The notes beneath the pieces were generated by a model. It worked only from the letters and a program-made list of their open reading frames with translations, searched no databases and had not been told where the DNA came from. 64,000 bases of DNA. It comes from Podarcis cretensis. Taxonomy: Eukaryota. The position numbers and the translations under genes are program-made. This document shows positions 25,701 to 39,500 of this stretch, piece by piece. The stretch covers positions 50,716,001-50,780,000 of the forward strand of contig OX638150.1 of assembly GCA_951804945.1 (NCBI GenBank). The letters are read 5' to 3'. The number at the start of each line of letters is the position of its first letter. Position 1 is the first letter of the stretch.

Positions 25701-27039
25701 TGCCATCATGCCTGGAATTTAGCCAGGATGCCTGGGGGTGATGGGAGTTGGGAGTCCAGCAACATCTGGAAGTCACCAATTTGTCACCCCTGTTCTAAGG
25801 AGAACATCTTCCTTCAAACACAACTCCAACTCTGAACCACGCTCATCAAAAGGGAATAGCAATTGGTACTTAAGAAGAACAAACTTGTCTTCAGACCATT
25901 AGCTCTGTTTTCATGCATCATGTTCATTTCATCACTAAACCTCACACCAGGACTGTACGTAGGGGTTCCACCAACAATCACGCTTTATTCCATAGACCTG
26001 CGAGAATCACCCACGCCCTTCCCTCCCTGTTGCACTGCTGAATAATAGAAGGAGAATGAGAAAGAAAGCAGGTGGCACCAATTACAATGTCAGATTGAAG
26101 ATGGAATTGGAACCGATTCCCAAAACTGTCCATTAAATCATGCTGCTAACTCTTACTGGCAACGTCCAAGAACGTTACTACACACAGAAACGGAGAAATG
26201 TGCATACACGCTGCTGCATGCAAATCTGTGGGCACACGTCTTTCTACAGGAAAAATGTTCATTAGCACACCCTTAAATTCGACCATATACACTTTTGCAT
26301 AAATACAAATACTTCCACATATATATTTTGCAGATAGCTTTGCTAAAATGAGACATGGTGTGCCTGATGTTTTAATGGTGTAAAGGTGGTGTGCTTACAT
26401 TCTCAGCTTGCAGGTATCATAGTACAATGTTTCCAAGTGGCAGATCTCATGCTCACATATAATATGCACTTCCTTCCCTAAGGAAATTATTCATTTACAC
26501 CTTTAGTTATACTTTTCTTCTCAACCTTTTTCTATAAAGCATGGTGGCTTTTCTCATATTACTATAACAAAGGCGTGTTTGTGTGTTTCAAAATTGGGAA
26601 ATTCTTCCTCTGGAACATCTAGTGGCATCATGACCAGACAGAACTCCTATACTTTCAGCATTGCAATCCTTACATGGGAAGAAATCTCATTGAAATTGGT
26701 AGAACTCACTTCTGGCTAAATGGGTTTAGGACTGTGCTGTGTGTGGAAAACACAGCTTTGTCAGATGCTGCTTGTCAGGTGGGGGGGGGAACATTTCTCT
26801 CTCTGGTGCTGAATTCCATTGGAAGGTAATCTGTCAAGGCCACGTGTCAGAGATGGGCAGGACACCACCACCCCTCTCCTTCTCTCTGCTACCTATGTTT
26901 CCACCCATCTGCCCCACTTTGCCAGTCCCATGGAATTAGGCCAAGGGCTGCAGCCTGCCCAACCCTGTTGGGCATAGTGAGGCTCAAGATTAATCAACAC
27001 TTGGTGGAGAAAAAGAGAAGCAGAAGAGCTGCACCTCAA

Positions 27040-27200
27040 TAGCAGAGCATCTGCTTTGCCTGCAAGATGTTTCTGGTTCAATCCTTAGCATCTCCAGGTA
27101 TAGCTGGGAGGGCCCCTTGTCTCAAATCCTGGAGAGCTGCTACCAGCCAGTGTAGGCAGTGGTGAGCTAGATGCACCAATGGCCTGACTCGGAATAAGGC
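27040..27200 (+). mobile_element. tRNA(Ala)-headed SINE copy
   Basis: agagcatctgctttgcctgcaag...ggttcaatcc...gcatctccaggtatagctgggag...cctggagagctgctaccagccagtgtagg...gactcggaataaggcag. Confidence 0.7.
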
Positions 27201-29814
27201 AGAGGCCAGTGGAGGTGAGTAGGATGGAAGTAGGAAAGTAAACAGAAGAAGATGAAAAAGGGATGCCCTTTGATATTTACTGAAGCCAGGAAAGAGAAGG
27301 AAAAGGGGCCCTGCAGAATGTACTTCTACAGGCATCCCAGGAAAACTAGTACTTCTCATAAAGCAAGTTGAAGAAAATACCCCAGTTAGTGGAATTACAA
27401 GTAGATGAGAAGCTGTGAGTTGGCAGGTTGTGTGCCTATTCCTCTTCCAAAAGCAGAGAGCAGTCGCCACCAGAAGCTCAGGTTTTGTGTGCTTGAGCTG
27501 AGGATTGTAACACCGATGTAACCTTGCTATGAACATGTTGCAGTGCCATTCCACACTTTTAAAGTTTAGATGCTAAATCAAAGACTGTTATACATACAGA
27601 CAACCAAACAAACCTGCCAAGTGATTAAAGAGGAATTTACCAGGCTTCATGCAGGGGGTGGATGTGTACTAAAACTGTTGTCTAAACAGGCTCCCGGAGC
27701 TGCCTTGGTAATCCTCAAATGAGCACAAACCAGAATGTGGAAGAATCATATTCATATGTACCACAAAGAGGTAAAAAGACAGTGACGAACCAAGTATACT
27801 CAGCTTATTGCAAATCTTACCATTCCAAAGAATTCTTAGGAATGAGAAGTGTTTGCACTGCATGCTTGCAGAAAAAGAGTTTTATAAACATGAGACTGCA
27901 CTTTCTCTTTAATTACAGTTGAAAAGTACACAATAATGCAGAAGAGACCAGAATCTACCTCTTTCCTTCTGTAAGAAAAAATTGACACAGCAAGCTAAAA
28001 ATTAACCAGGATGGAGGGATTTGGGAAAAAAAACACTGAGATTCTCCACCTTGATCCCAGAATTGGGTTGCTCCTTCGACTGAACCTGCAGATGCCCTCA
28101 AGTCAAAAGATCCACTGTTTTGCTTTCAGGTGTCCTGAAATTAAAGGACTTGCAGGGTCAGGGAAGTTGAAGTCTCACGAAGACACTAATACAAAGCTCC
28201 AAAATTCATATCCTATCTCAGTTATGCAGATCCATCTTCCTACCAGTTTAGAGACTGCTCCTGGCACTGAGTTTTAAAAATGCCAACCTGTTTTCCTCAG
28301 AGATGTTCAGAGGAAAATAATAATAAAAGTCTCTGGTGCAGTCTGGTAAAGATGGCACCCCTAGGAGGGAAAGAAGGATAAAACAAAGTCATGTGATTAA
28401 TTGCTTTCAGGAAAGCCACCATGGAAAACACAATTTTGCTTCCACTTTGATAAAGAGGTCTTTAAAAGCATTTGCTTCCCACGCTTAAACGGAAAAGTTG
28501 GCAAGCCACTGAAGTGAACATTGTCTGGCAAGTGGGATGGAAGGCAAGAAAGACCTCACTTCTGCAAATTCCAGAGACTTTAGGGGAGTTGCTTGAGATT
28601 TACTCCCAAAACCGGGCACTCTGGAGATAAAAATGAGGGGCAGTGTTTAAATTTCTACACTACCTGTCTGCATCTTATGAGAGGGTATTGAAATTCCCAG
28701 TACAAGAGTCACAGACACTGTGGCAAAGAAAACAAGCATTATGCAGGTTGCCCTATGCGACAGAGGGCAACTTGATGCATCATCACATCTGAACTGTGTA
28801 TTTCCTACATTTACTCCACCATGCAGTAGAGTGTAGCAGCTTTCAATCTGGTTCCTACTGTAATCGTCCCCAGAGGAATGGTATGCTTTCTTGGGCTTCG
28901 TTGTATAGGTGGCAATGTCTTCAGCGAAGATGATGAAATGCTGCTAAACTGTCACTGAACAGTAGTGTATTTTCCCTGCCACTTCGTCACAAGGTAAAGT
29001 TGACACCTCAAAGCACTGACAAGGTTGGGAGCAAAAAGCCAACTATGAACCCTAGCATTGGAACTGACAGAACTTTCTTTCGTTTTTTCTTTTGGTGTAA
29101 AGGCATTTCCCAAGTTATAAACATCTGCTCCTCCTGTCTCAAAACAAAACCCAGATCAGCTTCTCACAGAAATGAGCAGGGGCCTTATTATTTTTAGATT
29201 ACTAGTGCGTCTTGCATGGGAGCTGCACCACGAGACTGAAGCCATACTGGTTACCATGACAACATCATCACTTCTTCATAAGACGACGACAGAGGATTGT
29301 CAAGGAAAGTAAGCAAAAGGAGCAGGGATTGGAAAAGGAAGGTGCCTGGGAGTCACCTGAGCCTACATTGAGTTATCTACTTCCCAATCTATTTCAGATC
29401 AAACTGCCCGCACTGGAAACAGTTCAGAAATTTTTTTTAAGTCCTCACGGAGGAGGAACTTGAAGCTCAGCTGGGCTGTGAAAGTCTCATCCCTGCTAGT
29501 TTTACTGTCAGGACTCAGATTCTACCTGCAGATATGCCATCCTCAGTATTCAACTGGGCTAAATTAAGAGCCAAGGGCCTGAGAGGACTGTTGGGGCAGC
29601 CTCTTCTCTACCTTCCCTGAGGCTATGTAGGATCTTTGTGCCCTGAGGGAAAGCACAAGCAGCACAGCACAGGGAACCATCAGTCAGTGTATAACAGGCA
29701 AAATGTTTTAATGCAGCTACTGAGCTAAGTCTCAGCAGAGATCAGCCCCAGCTGGCGTATACACAGTGAAAAGTGTTTCTTATAGCCCATACACTCTAGG
29801 AAATTCCCTCTAAA

Positions 29815-29946
29815 ATAAGGCTGAGAAACCTGTGGTCCACCAGATGTTGTTGGACTCAACAGCCCCAGACAGCATGGCCAATAGTCAGAGATGTGGCGAG
29901 ACGTTGTCCGACAACATCTGGAGGACCATAGGTTCTTCTCCCCTGC
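29815..29946. mobile_element. Short fold-back hAT-like MITE (same family as 54011; further copies at about 21750-21865, 25665-25792, 41330-41455)
   Basis: aacctgtggtccaccagatgttgttggac pairs with gtccgacaacatctggaggaccataggtt. Confidence 0.7.
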
Positions 29947-32002
29947 CCTAAAGATACAGAATCCTCAGGTATTACTTCAGGACAGCAAATGCTTTTCCTT
30001 TCCAAAAGAAATTAAACCACCTGCTGTGTTTCATACAGGACCAAGGGTTTTGTTTGTTTTGCTTGTATTTTTCATGCAGTCCTTTCCCCCACAAACCAGA
30101 GACCTGCCCTCAGGAAAATGGCCACCACAGCTGCACCTTAATTCGCCGCCATGAACATCATGGAACCAGCCGGATGAGTGATGCTGAGCCATTTGCTCTT
30201 CTACATGTTCTTTCCATTTGTGTTTTCTCTGGCAGATGAACAAGCACCTCGGGACAAGGAAGACCACGTATTTTTTTACAGTCTGTAAATCACCCATATG
30301 GATTTTTGGCACCACACAGATAATGATGATACGCCAGTCCTAATGTCCACCTGCCTATCTGGAGTCTTAGAGAGGATAACAGAATCCTCAACATGAGGGT
30401 TTAAATCAGGAATTGTTGTGTGTTGTGTGTGTATTTTTACTGGCAGACAAAACAGGAAAATCAAACAACAGAATTAGCCCTGATGAAAGCCAACCTGGAG
30501 CCAAACAAGGAGAAAGGCCCATGGGAAGGCCCCATCAATAGAATCACAAACCCATATCAAACAGACGTTTACATACATACTTGCTGAAGGACAGGCACCA
30601 AGCTGCATTGCTTTGTCCTCACAAGGCAGAACTTTAGAAAGTGGCACAGTCCCTCACCAACACATAATTTGCTGCACCCAGCTAAGCCATGATTTCACTT
30701 GGGCTTTCTCTCGAAGCCCATGCTCTTTATAATCCTCTGAAGAGCACAACTGGCACAACAAAATGATTCAACATAGTTATGCCTGTTTTCTGTATGGTCA
30801 TGCCAGATCCCTGCACGATGAACTTCAATTGGTTCTTCTGCTGATTGGTTTCCCTCTCTAGTATGTGTGGTAACCTGCAGCCCTGCTTGTCCTGACCAGC
30901 TCTCAGTCTTGCAATTAGCCCCACTGACCTCTGAAATCCTCAGCCTCTCTAAGCAGCCATGCATTAAATCCCGGATCCAAGAGTGGAAATAGACTTCGTA
31001 AAAGGCTTATGGCCCTATTTATTGCATTGTACGCATGATGGGTTCTGATGGCATGGAATAATGCTGCAGAGGCTTACTTTCTAGGCCTCCATGACCAGAC
31101 AGAGATCAGGTGGCTATAAGAAAAAAGTGGTACATTCCGAGCATTTGTCTGTCACAGTCAACACTAGGTGCTAAAGGGAGAAAGAAAAAGATAGGAAAGC
31201 AGGATCTAAGAGTTCATGATTCCCAAAGTTTTTTGTTTTTTTTAAACCCGGAGATCTTGATGCCAGGACTGCAGTCTGTCTAGACATACCACCCTCTTGC
31301 CTGGTAATCTTTCCCCTTAATTCCTGCTAGGTGAAGATACTCTCTAATTACTCATTGGGGAGGGGAATACACTCTGTACCTGTCCAGGGCGGGGGCACTT
31401 CCATCTTTTTTCCCCTCATGTTGCAAGCCTGGTTCCTGGCATTAAAAACGGCTAAGTCTGGGACAAAGTAGAACCTGTAACTTCATGTTTTTTTTAAAAT
31501 ATGGAATACTTTAGATTGTTCACATGTGCTCACAAGAAAAAGGGGACAAAACCTCATTTGCAGGTGGACAGAGTGCTTGTACCACAGCAATTTTACTTTC
31601 AAGCTTTGGAATCATAAGGGTAATAAAGTTGTGGCAGTCTGTTCCTCAGTGCAGGACCACTGGGGGTAAGGAGAAGAGCCTGGGGGAAAGCTAATACAAA
31701 TGTCACTCACAAAAAAGCAAGTATGCAAGCAAGCAAAAGAAAGAAGTACAACCTGCCTTCCCATAGGATAACTCTCCTGATAGTTCTGAGCATTCATTGG
31801 CTTTGAGTGTGTACATATTTGCATGAAATCAGCTGCATACTTTGTAAACACATAGACGTAGTTCAATAGTACTGGTATGTGATGCTGCTGGGTATGAATA
31901 AATGGGAGAACTAGCAACTGAGGAATCTTAACATAAAGGCAGAACTTCATACGTCTGATGTAGCAATACTTTATTGGGGGGGTGGGGAAGAAAGAAGGAG
32001 GT

Positions 32003-32050
<48 letters not shown>
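32003..32050. repeat. Compound (GT)n(GA)n microsatellite
   Basis: Direct observation. Confidence 0.95.
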
Positions 32051-32051
<1 letters not shown>

Positions 32052-32339
32052 ATGAATGCTCCACAAGGGGCCAAAAGAACATGCAGAATCAAAACTCTGA
32101 GCATATTTTCCTTTATTAACAGACTGATGCCTTTAAAAGGCAACAACGGGAAAACCACAGAGCTAAACAGTCAAGTAACCAAGGGATCCTCTGCATCCCT
32201 GTGGAAAATATAGAGCAAACCTTATCCTGTGCACGTTCCAGTCAGCCAGAGACCAAATCACAAGACCGATCAGCTCGCACTTCAAGCAGCTTGGCTGAAT
32301 AACAGAGTCTAAATCAGGAAAGCCTCAGCCAGAGTATCT

Positions 32340-32481
32340 NNNNNNNNNNNNNNNNNNNNNNNNNNNNNNNNNNNNNNNNNNNNNNNNNNNNNNNNNNNNN
32401 NNNNNNNNNNNNNNNNNNNNNNNNNNNNNNNNNNNNNNNNNNNNNNNNNNNNNNNNNNNNNNNNNNNNNNNNNNNNNNNNN
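32340..32481. other. Assembly gap (142 N)
   Basis: Run of n. Confidence 1.
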
Positions 32482-34680
32482 CTGGACAAAAACTGAGAGC
32501 ACATGGGGCAAGTCAGAGTGAGTTTCACCCTGGTGCAGTGGGTTGTCTTATCATAGAGATCTGGTGCCTACTTCAACTACTGCAGGAATAAATTGCACAG
32601 GAACACTCCATAAGGCCAAATCTGCCACACAATAAAATAAAGTCATACAGCGTGTTGTCGTCATCAACACAACAGATTACAAAAATGAGAAAAATGCCAC
32701 ATGCATCATGAACGTTGAATAACAGGTATTTTGCCAAAAAATAATAATTGCTGCTAGGCCCAAGGGAACAAAGGGAATAAAATGAATCACAGGAGGGGAC
32801 ACTCCTCCCTCCCTCCTCATCTGCTTTACTACCTTATATGTAGATCGGGAGGGGGGCAGAAGAGCAAAACGCTGGGTACTGCACAGGTAGGTTCTTGTTT
32901 CCCTCCTGCAAACATATATTCCACTCAATGATCTGTATCACAATCAATGTGCTCACTAAGGAAGGAATGGGGGTGGGGGTGGGAACGACTGCATTTTTCC
33001 AGCAACAAATATGGCACTTCTGGATACTGGGTAAATGCCATTTCTTCAAACAGAAATGCTATCTAAGAGAAAGACTACAGCTGAAACCACACAAGCGTTT
33101 TCAAATACTTTAATGATTATCACTCAGGAATCTTTCCCCATTTCATGAGTTATGCACTTCCTACTTCAAGTGTCAACATACCCGCTTCAGTTACTGATGG
33201 AGAAGCCCCTCCACGCATACCTTCTTAATCTGGATGTGGGCTTATACTGCCCTGTTGCAGACTTTGAGTGTATACATATTTGCATGAAATCAGCTGCATG
33301 CTTTGCAAACACATCAATGAGTTCAACAGTACTGGTATGTGATGCTGCTGGGTACAAATAACTCGAAAATCAGTGTCACAACCAACCAGCAGAGGAACTC
33401 TCCATTCACTCACATGTATGCCTTCCTTGGCATTTTAAGGGCCTTTTTCAGTTGCTGCTACCACTAAACTATTCAGCCAAACAGCTGAAGGACGTAACGG
33501 CCACAAGCAGCCTTGGGAAGCCATCCCTAACTAATGGAAATAGCACCCATTGGCTTGCCTTTCTATTGCAGGCTTTTAAAGGGCAAACTGCAGATTTCCC
33601 TCCCTCCCCTCCATTAAATGAGCTGGATGTATTCTTAATGTACTCGGTGTACCAAATATCAGGGCAGTGAAGGGCACTCGCCTTGCCTTGTTTTCCTCCC
33701 ATCCCCAAATGTCACACCTGCTGTGTACCCTGGAATTCATCATTCTGAGGTGTCACCACTACTCTTCCTTTTGCAACCCTGGCTGAATACAGAACCTGCT
33801 CACAAGAAGGCATGATGCTTTTAATCACATGGCAGAGTTGTGCAATGTGTATTATTTAACATGATTCTTTTATGTTCACAAAAGCAACTGCTGCTTATGG
33901 GACTCCAAATACATGTAGATTTTCTGGGAGGATGGGGGCTGCACAGAACTGCATTTCACCTTTCTAACAGTTTGTTTCATTATCATATTCCTTTCAGTCC
34001 TATCTCTGAATGCTAAACAGTGTAGGGTAAAAAGAATAAAGAGAACAATTCCAGGTAAATCAAGGCCAGGGATTCTAAAGTGAAGGTGGATCGTAGTGCA
34101 CTCTGGTAAACCAAAGTGTCTGAGACACTTGGATGACAAAAGGAGATATGCCAACAAAATCCTGCAAAGGTGTTTGTTTTTTTAATATAATATGTGCCTT
34201 TAAGGGTCAAAAACCAAAATGAGCATTGTTCAAATTATGTGTGGTATAATATAAAAGCCAGATGGCAACTTTGCTTTTAAGGGCTGATTGAAGAAGAGTT
34301 TTGGATTGAAAGCCAAAACAACTGAAAGATGTGTCCTAGAGAAATCCAGACCATAAAAAGAAAAGAAAAAAGATGGTTTGAAGGGACTAGTGCAAAGACT
34401 ATGAAGATCTGTGGCATAGGGAGAAGGCTGGCTATACTTGATTCAGGGGTCACCTAATGGACCTCCAAGTGAGAGAATACAAATATCACTGACATCAACC
34501 CATATACTGTGAACCTGTGCTGCAAATATAGGGTAACTACATGCTACCTAGATAAATTAATAATATTGCAGTCAGCTTGCCCTTTGGTGGCACACCAAGT
34601 TAATAATGGAGGTGGAAATCTAATCCAGTTCTCCTCCAAGTCTAATGGTCTTGAATCCAGTTCCTCAGTTTGGTGAGCAG

Positions 34681-34716
<36 letters not shown>

Positions 34717-34724
34717 TGTGTGTG
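34681..34724. repeat. Compound (TC)n(TG)n microsatellite
   Basis: Direct observation. Confidence 0.95.
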
Positions 34725-35444
34725 TCCAACAAATAGCCAATATACTGCAACATAACACTGATGGAGCTACAATAGCTGAATCCAGGTACAAATGCCATAA
34801 TCAGATTGAGAGTTAGTGACTGTGTACCTGAAGCTGCAGTTAGCTTACTGGACAGCCTATGCCGTGTGCCCCTGCCTCTTGCTGTGTGAGTAAACAGATC
34901 CTCTCAGGCACACACACCAATTTGTGGTAATGCAGAGCCCTCTGGCAACACTAAATTCAAACATGATATCACTAGTGAAATAAGTATATCCATAGCAGCT
35001 ATTGGGAAGAGAGACGCCAACATCTCTAAAACCTTGTCCCGGAAGCAGGAGCAATGAACAGATGAAGATGCTTTCAGTTCAAGTCTCCAAACATACCTGA
35101 ACAAGGAATGGACTGAAGGGGAAGGGGAACAGTAATGAATAATTTATTGTAATACATGCAGACAGAGGAGAAAGCTAAACCACAAGGAATCAGTCGGAAT
35201 GTTTGATAAGCTTCCTTTTAGACCTTTCCGGGTGATACTCAAATTGCTTCAGGGCATTCCTATTCTTCTACAAGCATGGAAACAGTTTTCCTTATAAATA
35301 AAACAGTCTTATCCTCTGTTCTAATGCACTGATGGTGGTGCGGCTGTTGTCTCAACCACCCATAATAATTTAAACCATGGCTGCCACTAGGAAAGACTCC
35401 ACTGCAAACAAACCGTTCATAACAGATAAACAACAGAATTCACT

Positions 35445-35725
35445 TCTCCAATATGTGGTGATTGCCACCTACTTAGATGGCTTTTTAAAGGGGGATTAGA
35501 AATTCATAGAGGGTGAGGTTTCTAATGGGGACTAGTCATGATGGAACAGATGGAACAGAAGCACCATATCTCTGAATACCCAAATTATTGGGGAGCTACA
35601 TGGAAAGAAGGCTTTTGCACTCATGCCTTGCTTGTGGGCTTTTCAAAGGTTGACCACTAGGGAAGCAGGATGCTGGACTAGATAGGCCTTTGGTCTTATC
35701 CAGCAGGGCTTTTTTTACATCCTTA
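35445..35725 (+). mobile_element. CR1 LINE 3' end fragment
   Basis: gtggtgattgccacctacttagatggctttttaaagggggattaga...caggatgctggactagataggcctttggtcttatccagcagggct. Homologous to the 49850-50110 segment. Confidence 0.75.
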
Positions 35726-38700
35726 TAGATGAGCAGTTGGCTAGCTTTCAATGTGCATACCTGTCCCACCATCATTCCATCATATGCCCCAACATTAAAT
35801 GAAATATAAATACAGCACATAATGAAATCAATATACTGCTAAGGTTTGCAAAAGGGGTGGGGCGCAGGTGAATCAACACTAATGTCTCCTGCGTGTTATC
35901 ACTAACTTAGATAAGTGGTGCCACTTCCTAGCATTTATACCACAAGAACTGCTAGCAGAGAAGAAATCCAATCAACTCACAGTCAACCATCCACTTCTAC
36001 CTTGGTGGTTGCTTATTTATTCAGATTCTGAAATGGGACAAAGTCCATCCAAGCTGGCTTGGATGTTAGCCAAAAACCCTCGTTCACACTCTTGTTTCAC
36101 CAGCTTCTTCTTTGCTAAACCCACTTCAGAAATGGATTCTCCAGCCAGCGATCATCCCATCTCTAAGCCACACTTTGGGAGGGGAAAGGGGAGTGAAGTT
36201 GAAAAATAAGTGGTTTTCTTGCAGTTCCAGACACACCTGTATGTTAGCTTTCTGAAACCTGATAGTCTTGTATTGACTTGGACGTGGCATTAATGTTCTT
36301 GCAGCCCCAAGATAGAACTCTTCAGATGTTGCTTTTTTGAGGACCAATACAGATACCTGTACCAGGCACTACATCATTCACCTGACTGGCCAGATTGTTT
36401 ACTGCTGACTGAAAGTAAGAGATAGCTTAGAATAAGGGTAGGCTGACTTCATGACTGTTAGATCTATTTTGTTTTTAGTAGATCCAGAGTCACATGCAAA
36501 AGACATATAATTAGAAATAAAGAAGAGGGTGCCTCTAAGAACATTCAGAGTCCAGGAATCGGTTTTCAGTGCCAGAACTGACTAGGCACACAGCCCTTCC
36601 ACATACATGTCCCCCACCCTCACCCCCCAGTTAGTTTTCTTCATTTCAGCAAGGGAAAGTCATGTTGTAGTTGCTACTATGTTGGAAACTCTTGTCGTTC
36701 TGCTGCAAGTCTCCCAGTGATCTAACTTCTGCCCACCTGCAAATACTCAGAAACTTATCTACTGTATAAGAAAATACAAAGTTCATTTTCTGATTCTGAC
36801 ACCAAATCTCAGCCTGCTTGTATAGATGCCACAGCAGTTGAATGTGTGTTGGCACCAATTCTGCTGAGGAGAAAAGGAATCTCCATCACTGGAATGTTTT
36901 AAAACAAATAAGCCAGAGGGGCAACTGCCAATCAGCTTTGTGTTTCTTAAAATATCTAGCATGTCCCTGTGGTTGGGGCAGTGGCAGCAGGGGGGAAGAC
37001 AGGAAAGAAGTATGCATTCATTGATGGATTTCAGTCTCCATTAATCATTTACATTTACGGACTTGAGATGCTTCAGAGCTTATCACTGTGCCCAGGATAT
37101 CATTTAGAGTCAAAAGCTAGGAGTGGTTTCACCAACCACTCCATCAGACAAGAAACCCTGCAGTCCATTCTTTGGGATTTGAATCTGTTGTCTGAAGCCA
37201 TAGTTGGCAGAGTCTGTGGTGGCTCATTTTCTGTCAAGTGCAGGCAGTTGGGAACACCCTGCAACACTACCCCTGGGGTCTCTGTTACTTCACAGAGCAA
37301 TTCCCATGTGCTGAGTTTGACAGGGAAGCTGCAAATGATTTCACACAAAATAACCTACCGATCATCTCCACCTCCTTGCAATAACTGTGGTCAGTGAAGA
37401 ATGGCAGTGCCGTGCGAAAGCCTCTGAGGACCAGGATAGTTAATCTGGCACTTTGTTATCTGACTATTAATATCTTAAATTTCTTTCTTTCTTTCTTTCT
37501 TTTGTAAATGCTGGTAGTGGTGTACTGAGATTGGCAGCACAGGATTAAGCTGTGCATAAAGAAAAGGCGACACATTCCAACCAGTTCATGGAAAGACCTT
37601 CCACAGTTGTTCTCCTAGGGCATAATCCACCAGACAGTTCTCCTGCACAAGCCCCACTGAAATGAATAGGAGCCATGAAAGGGCACTGTAAGTGACTTTT
37701 GCCTAGGCAGGTGACTTCAGCCGTCCTATAGAAGTGATCATTTGCCCTTGGCAAGTCAGCTAATCAAGACCACAATGATTAACCAAAAGGAATCTGTCCT
37801 CATGCCTAGAGTACATTCACCTAGTAAGTTTCCAGCGTGGCTGGAGGTTCTGTTTCCCTTTCCCTTTCACTGTGAATAGCTTGAATTCCAGAGAATCAAC
37901 AGCTGCCACCCAGAAAAAGATAAAATTTGAAATTTAGCCTAGTTGCAGCTGAAATCTCTCTTGATCAACAGAAAGGGGCCCAGCTGAAGGCCAATTCATG
38001 GAGCTATTTTATTCTCCCATGGAATTTCTGGTGTTAACCACATTTAACTCCACATTTAAAAGCATAATCAAGAATATATGAAACTTTCGTATATTGTTAG
38101 TCCCAGTGGTCCATCCAGTCCAGTATCATCTACTGTTTGATGCAACCAGTTGGTCTCTGTCTGTCTCTCAGAAGGGAGTTTTATCCTCTGTGGTAGCTTA
38201 CAGCAGCTCTTTTCCTTATATCCTGCTATGTTACTACATGTCTAACTGTTGCTCCATTGTTTATGGCTTTCACGCCATTCTAGTTGGGCTGGATTAGAAG
38301 TTAAGACAACCTCACCTGGATGCTTATATGATGCACATGGAGGCAATCCACTTGCTGAAATGAGGCACTGCTAGATACCATAGGACAAGGGAAGAATGAC
38401 CCTTCACCTTCTCCACCCACACTGCTCTGATAAGATTTGGGGGCTAATTTTGAGACTTCATGCATACCTATAATTTTCCCCTATATATTTTAAAGTGTAT
38501 CTAGGCCACTTACTGTACAGTCAAAATGGTATTAGTTCTCAGGTATTAGTTCTAAGTCCTCTTGCTGGAGCAATGGTGGTATGTGGCAGAAGCAAGTTAC
38601 AAGGGTAGAATTGTGGAGGCGGGAGGGCAGTCTATCTAGTTGTTGTTATTACGATGTTGGGGGTCCAGGTATTTTTAACCATTTACTTGAGTTATGTTAC

Positions 38701-39500
38701 TTGAGTTAACAGGGGAAAATATTTAGAAAATTCACTTCCAGTTTATATATATATATAGTTACAAAAACATCTCCAATTGTTTTTTTGGTCATGTGTTTGT
38801 TTGGCTTTCCTCTTGGCCTGGGCACTGAAAGCTAGATGATGGTCACTGAAAAGAAACAATTTGATGAAATGCATTGGATGCCTCATTTTATCTGTGGGGG
38901 CCCACTTGAATTAATTAGAATGTTTGCTTGCTGAGTGAGGGAAGGATAATGGTGTGATACAATTGTATCATCATATTTTATTGAACAGATAACTTCCTCT
39001 GCTTATGTATTTATTTATCCTATTAAAAAAACAACCAAGAAAAATATTTCAAAAAAGGAGAAAACAAGAAATGAATTCTCACAAACCATCGTTACTCCAG
39101 TGCAAAGGGATTCACTAGACAGAAGGGGAGCTGTTATACAAAAAGTTACAATCCTTTCTTAATCACACAGAGACAATAATGGCAACCAGACATTTCCTGG
39201 AGGCTCCGTACATATCAGCAAAATATTTGAAGGTGCCCTTCAGGGCTTTACAGCCCAATCCCCTCTGGCATGTTTACCCAGAAGGAAGCAACATGAGTTC
39301 AGTAGTGGTTACCTCTCCCTGGCAAGTATATTTTTTGGTCAACAATAGCACACTCTCTCACATACTTGCATATAGTCCCAGAGACTTCAAAAGGGTACCT
39401 GATAAGAAACACCTTTGACGGTTGGCAAGTAAAAAGGGTGCCCTTGGTGGCAGAGACACAAGGCCACCTTGAGAGCCTGCCTAGCTTGAACTTGTGCGTA

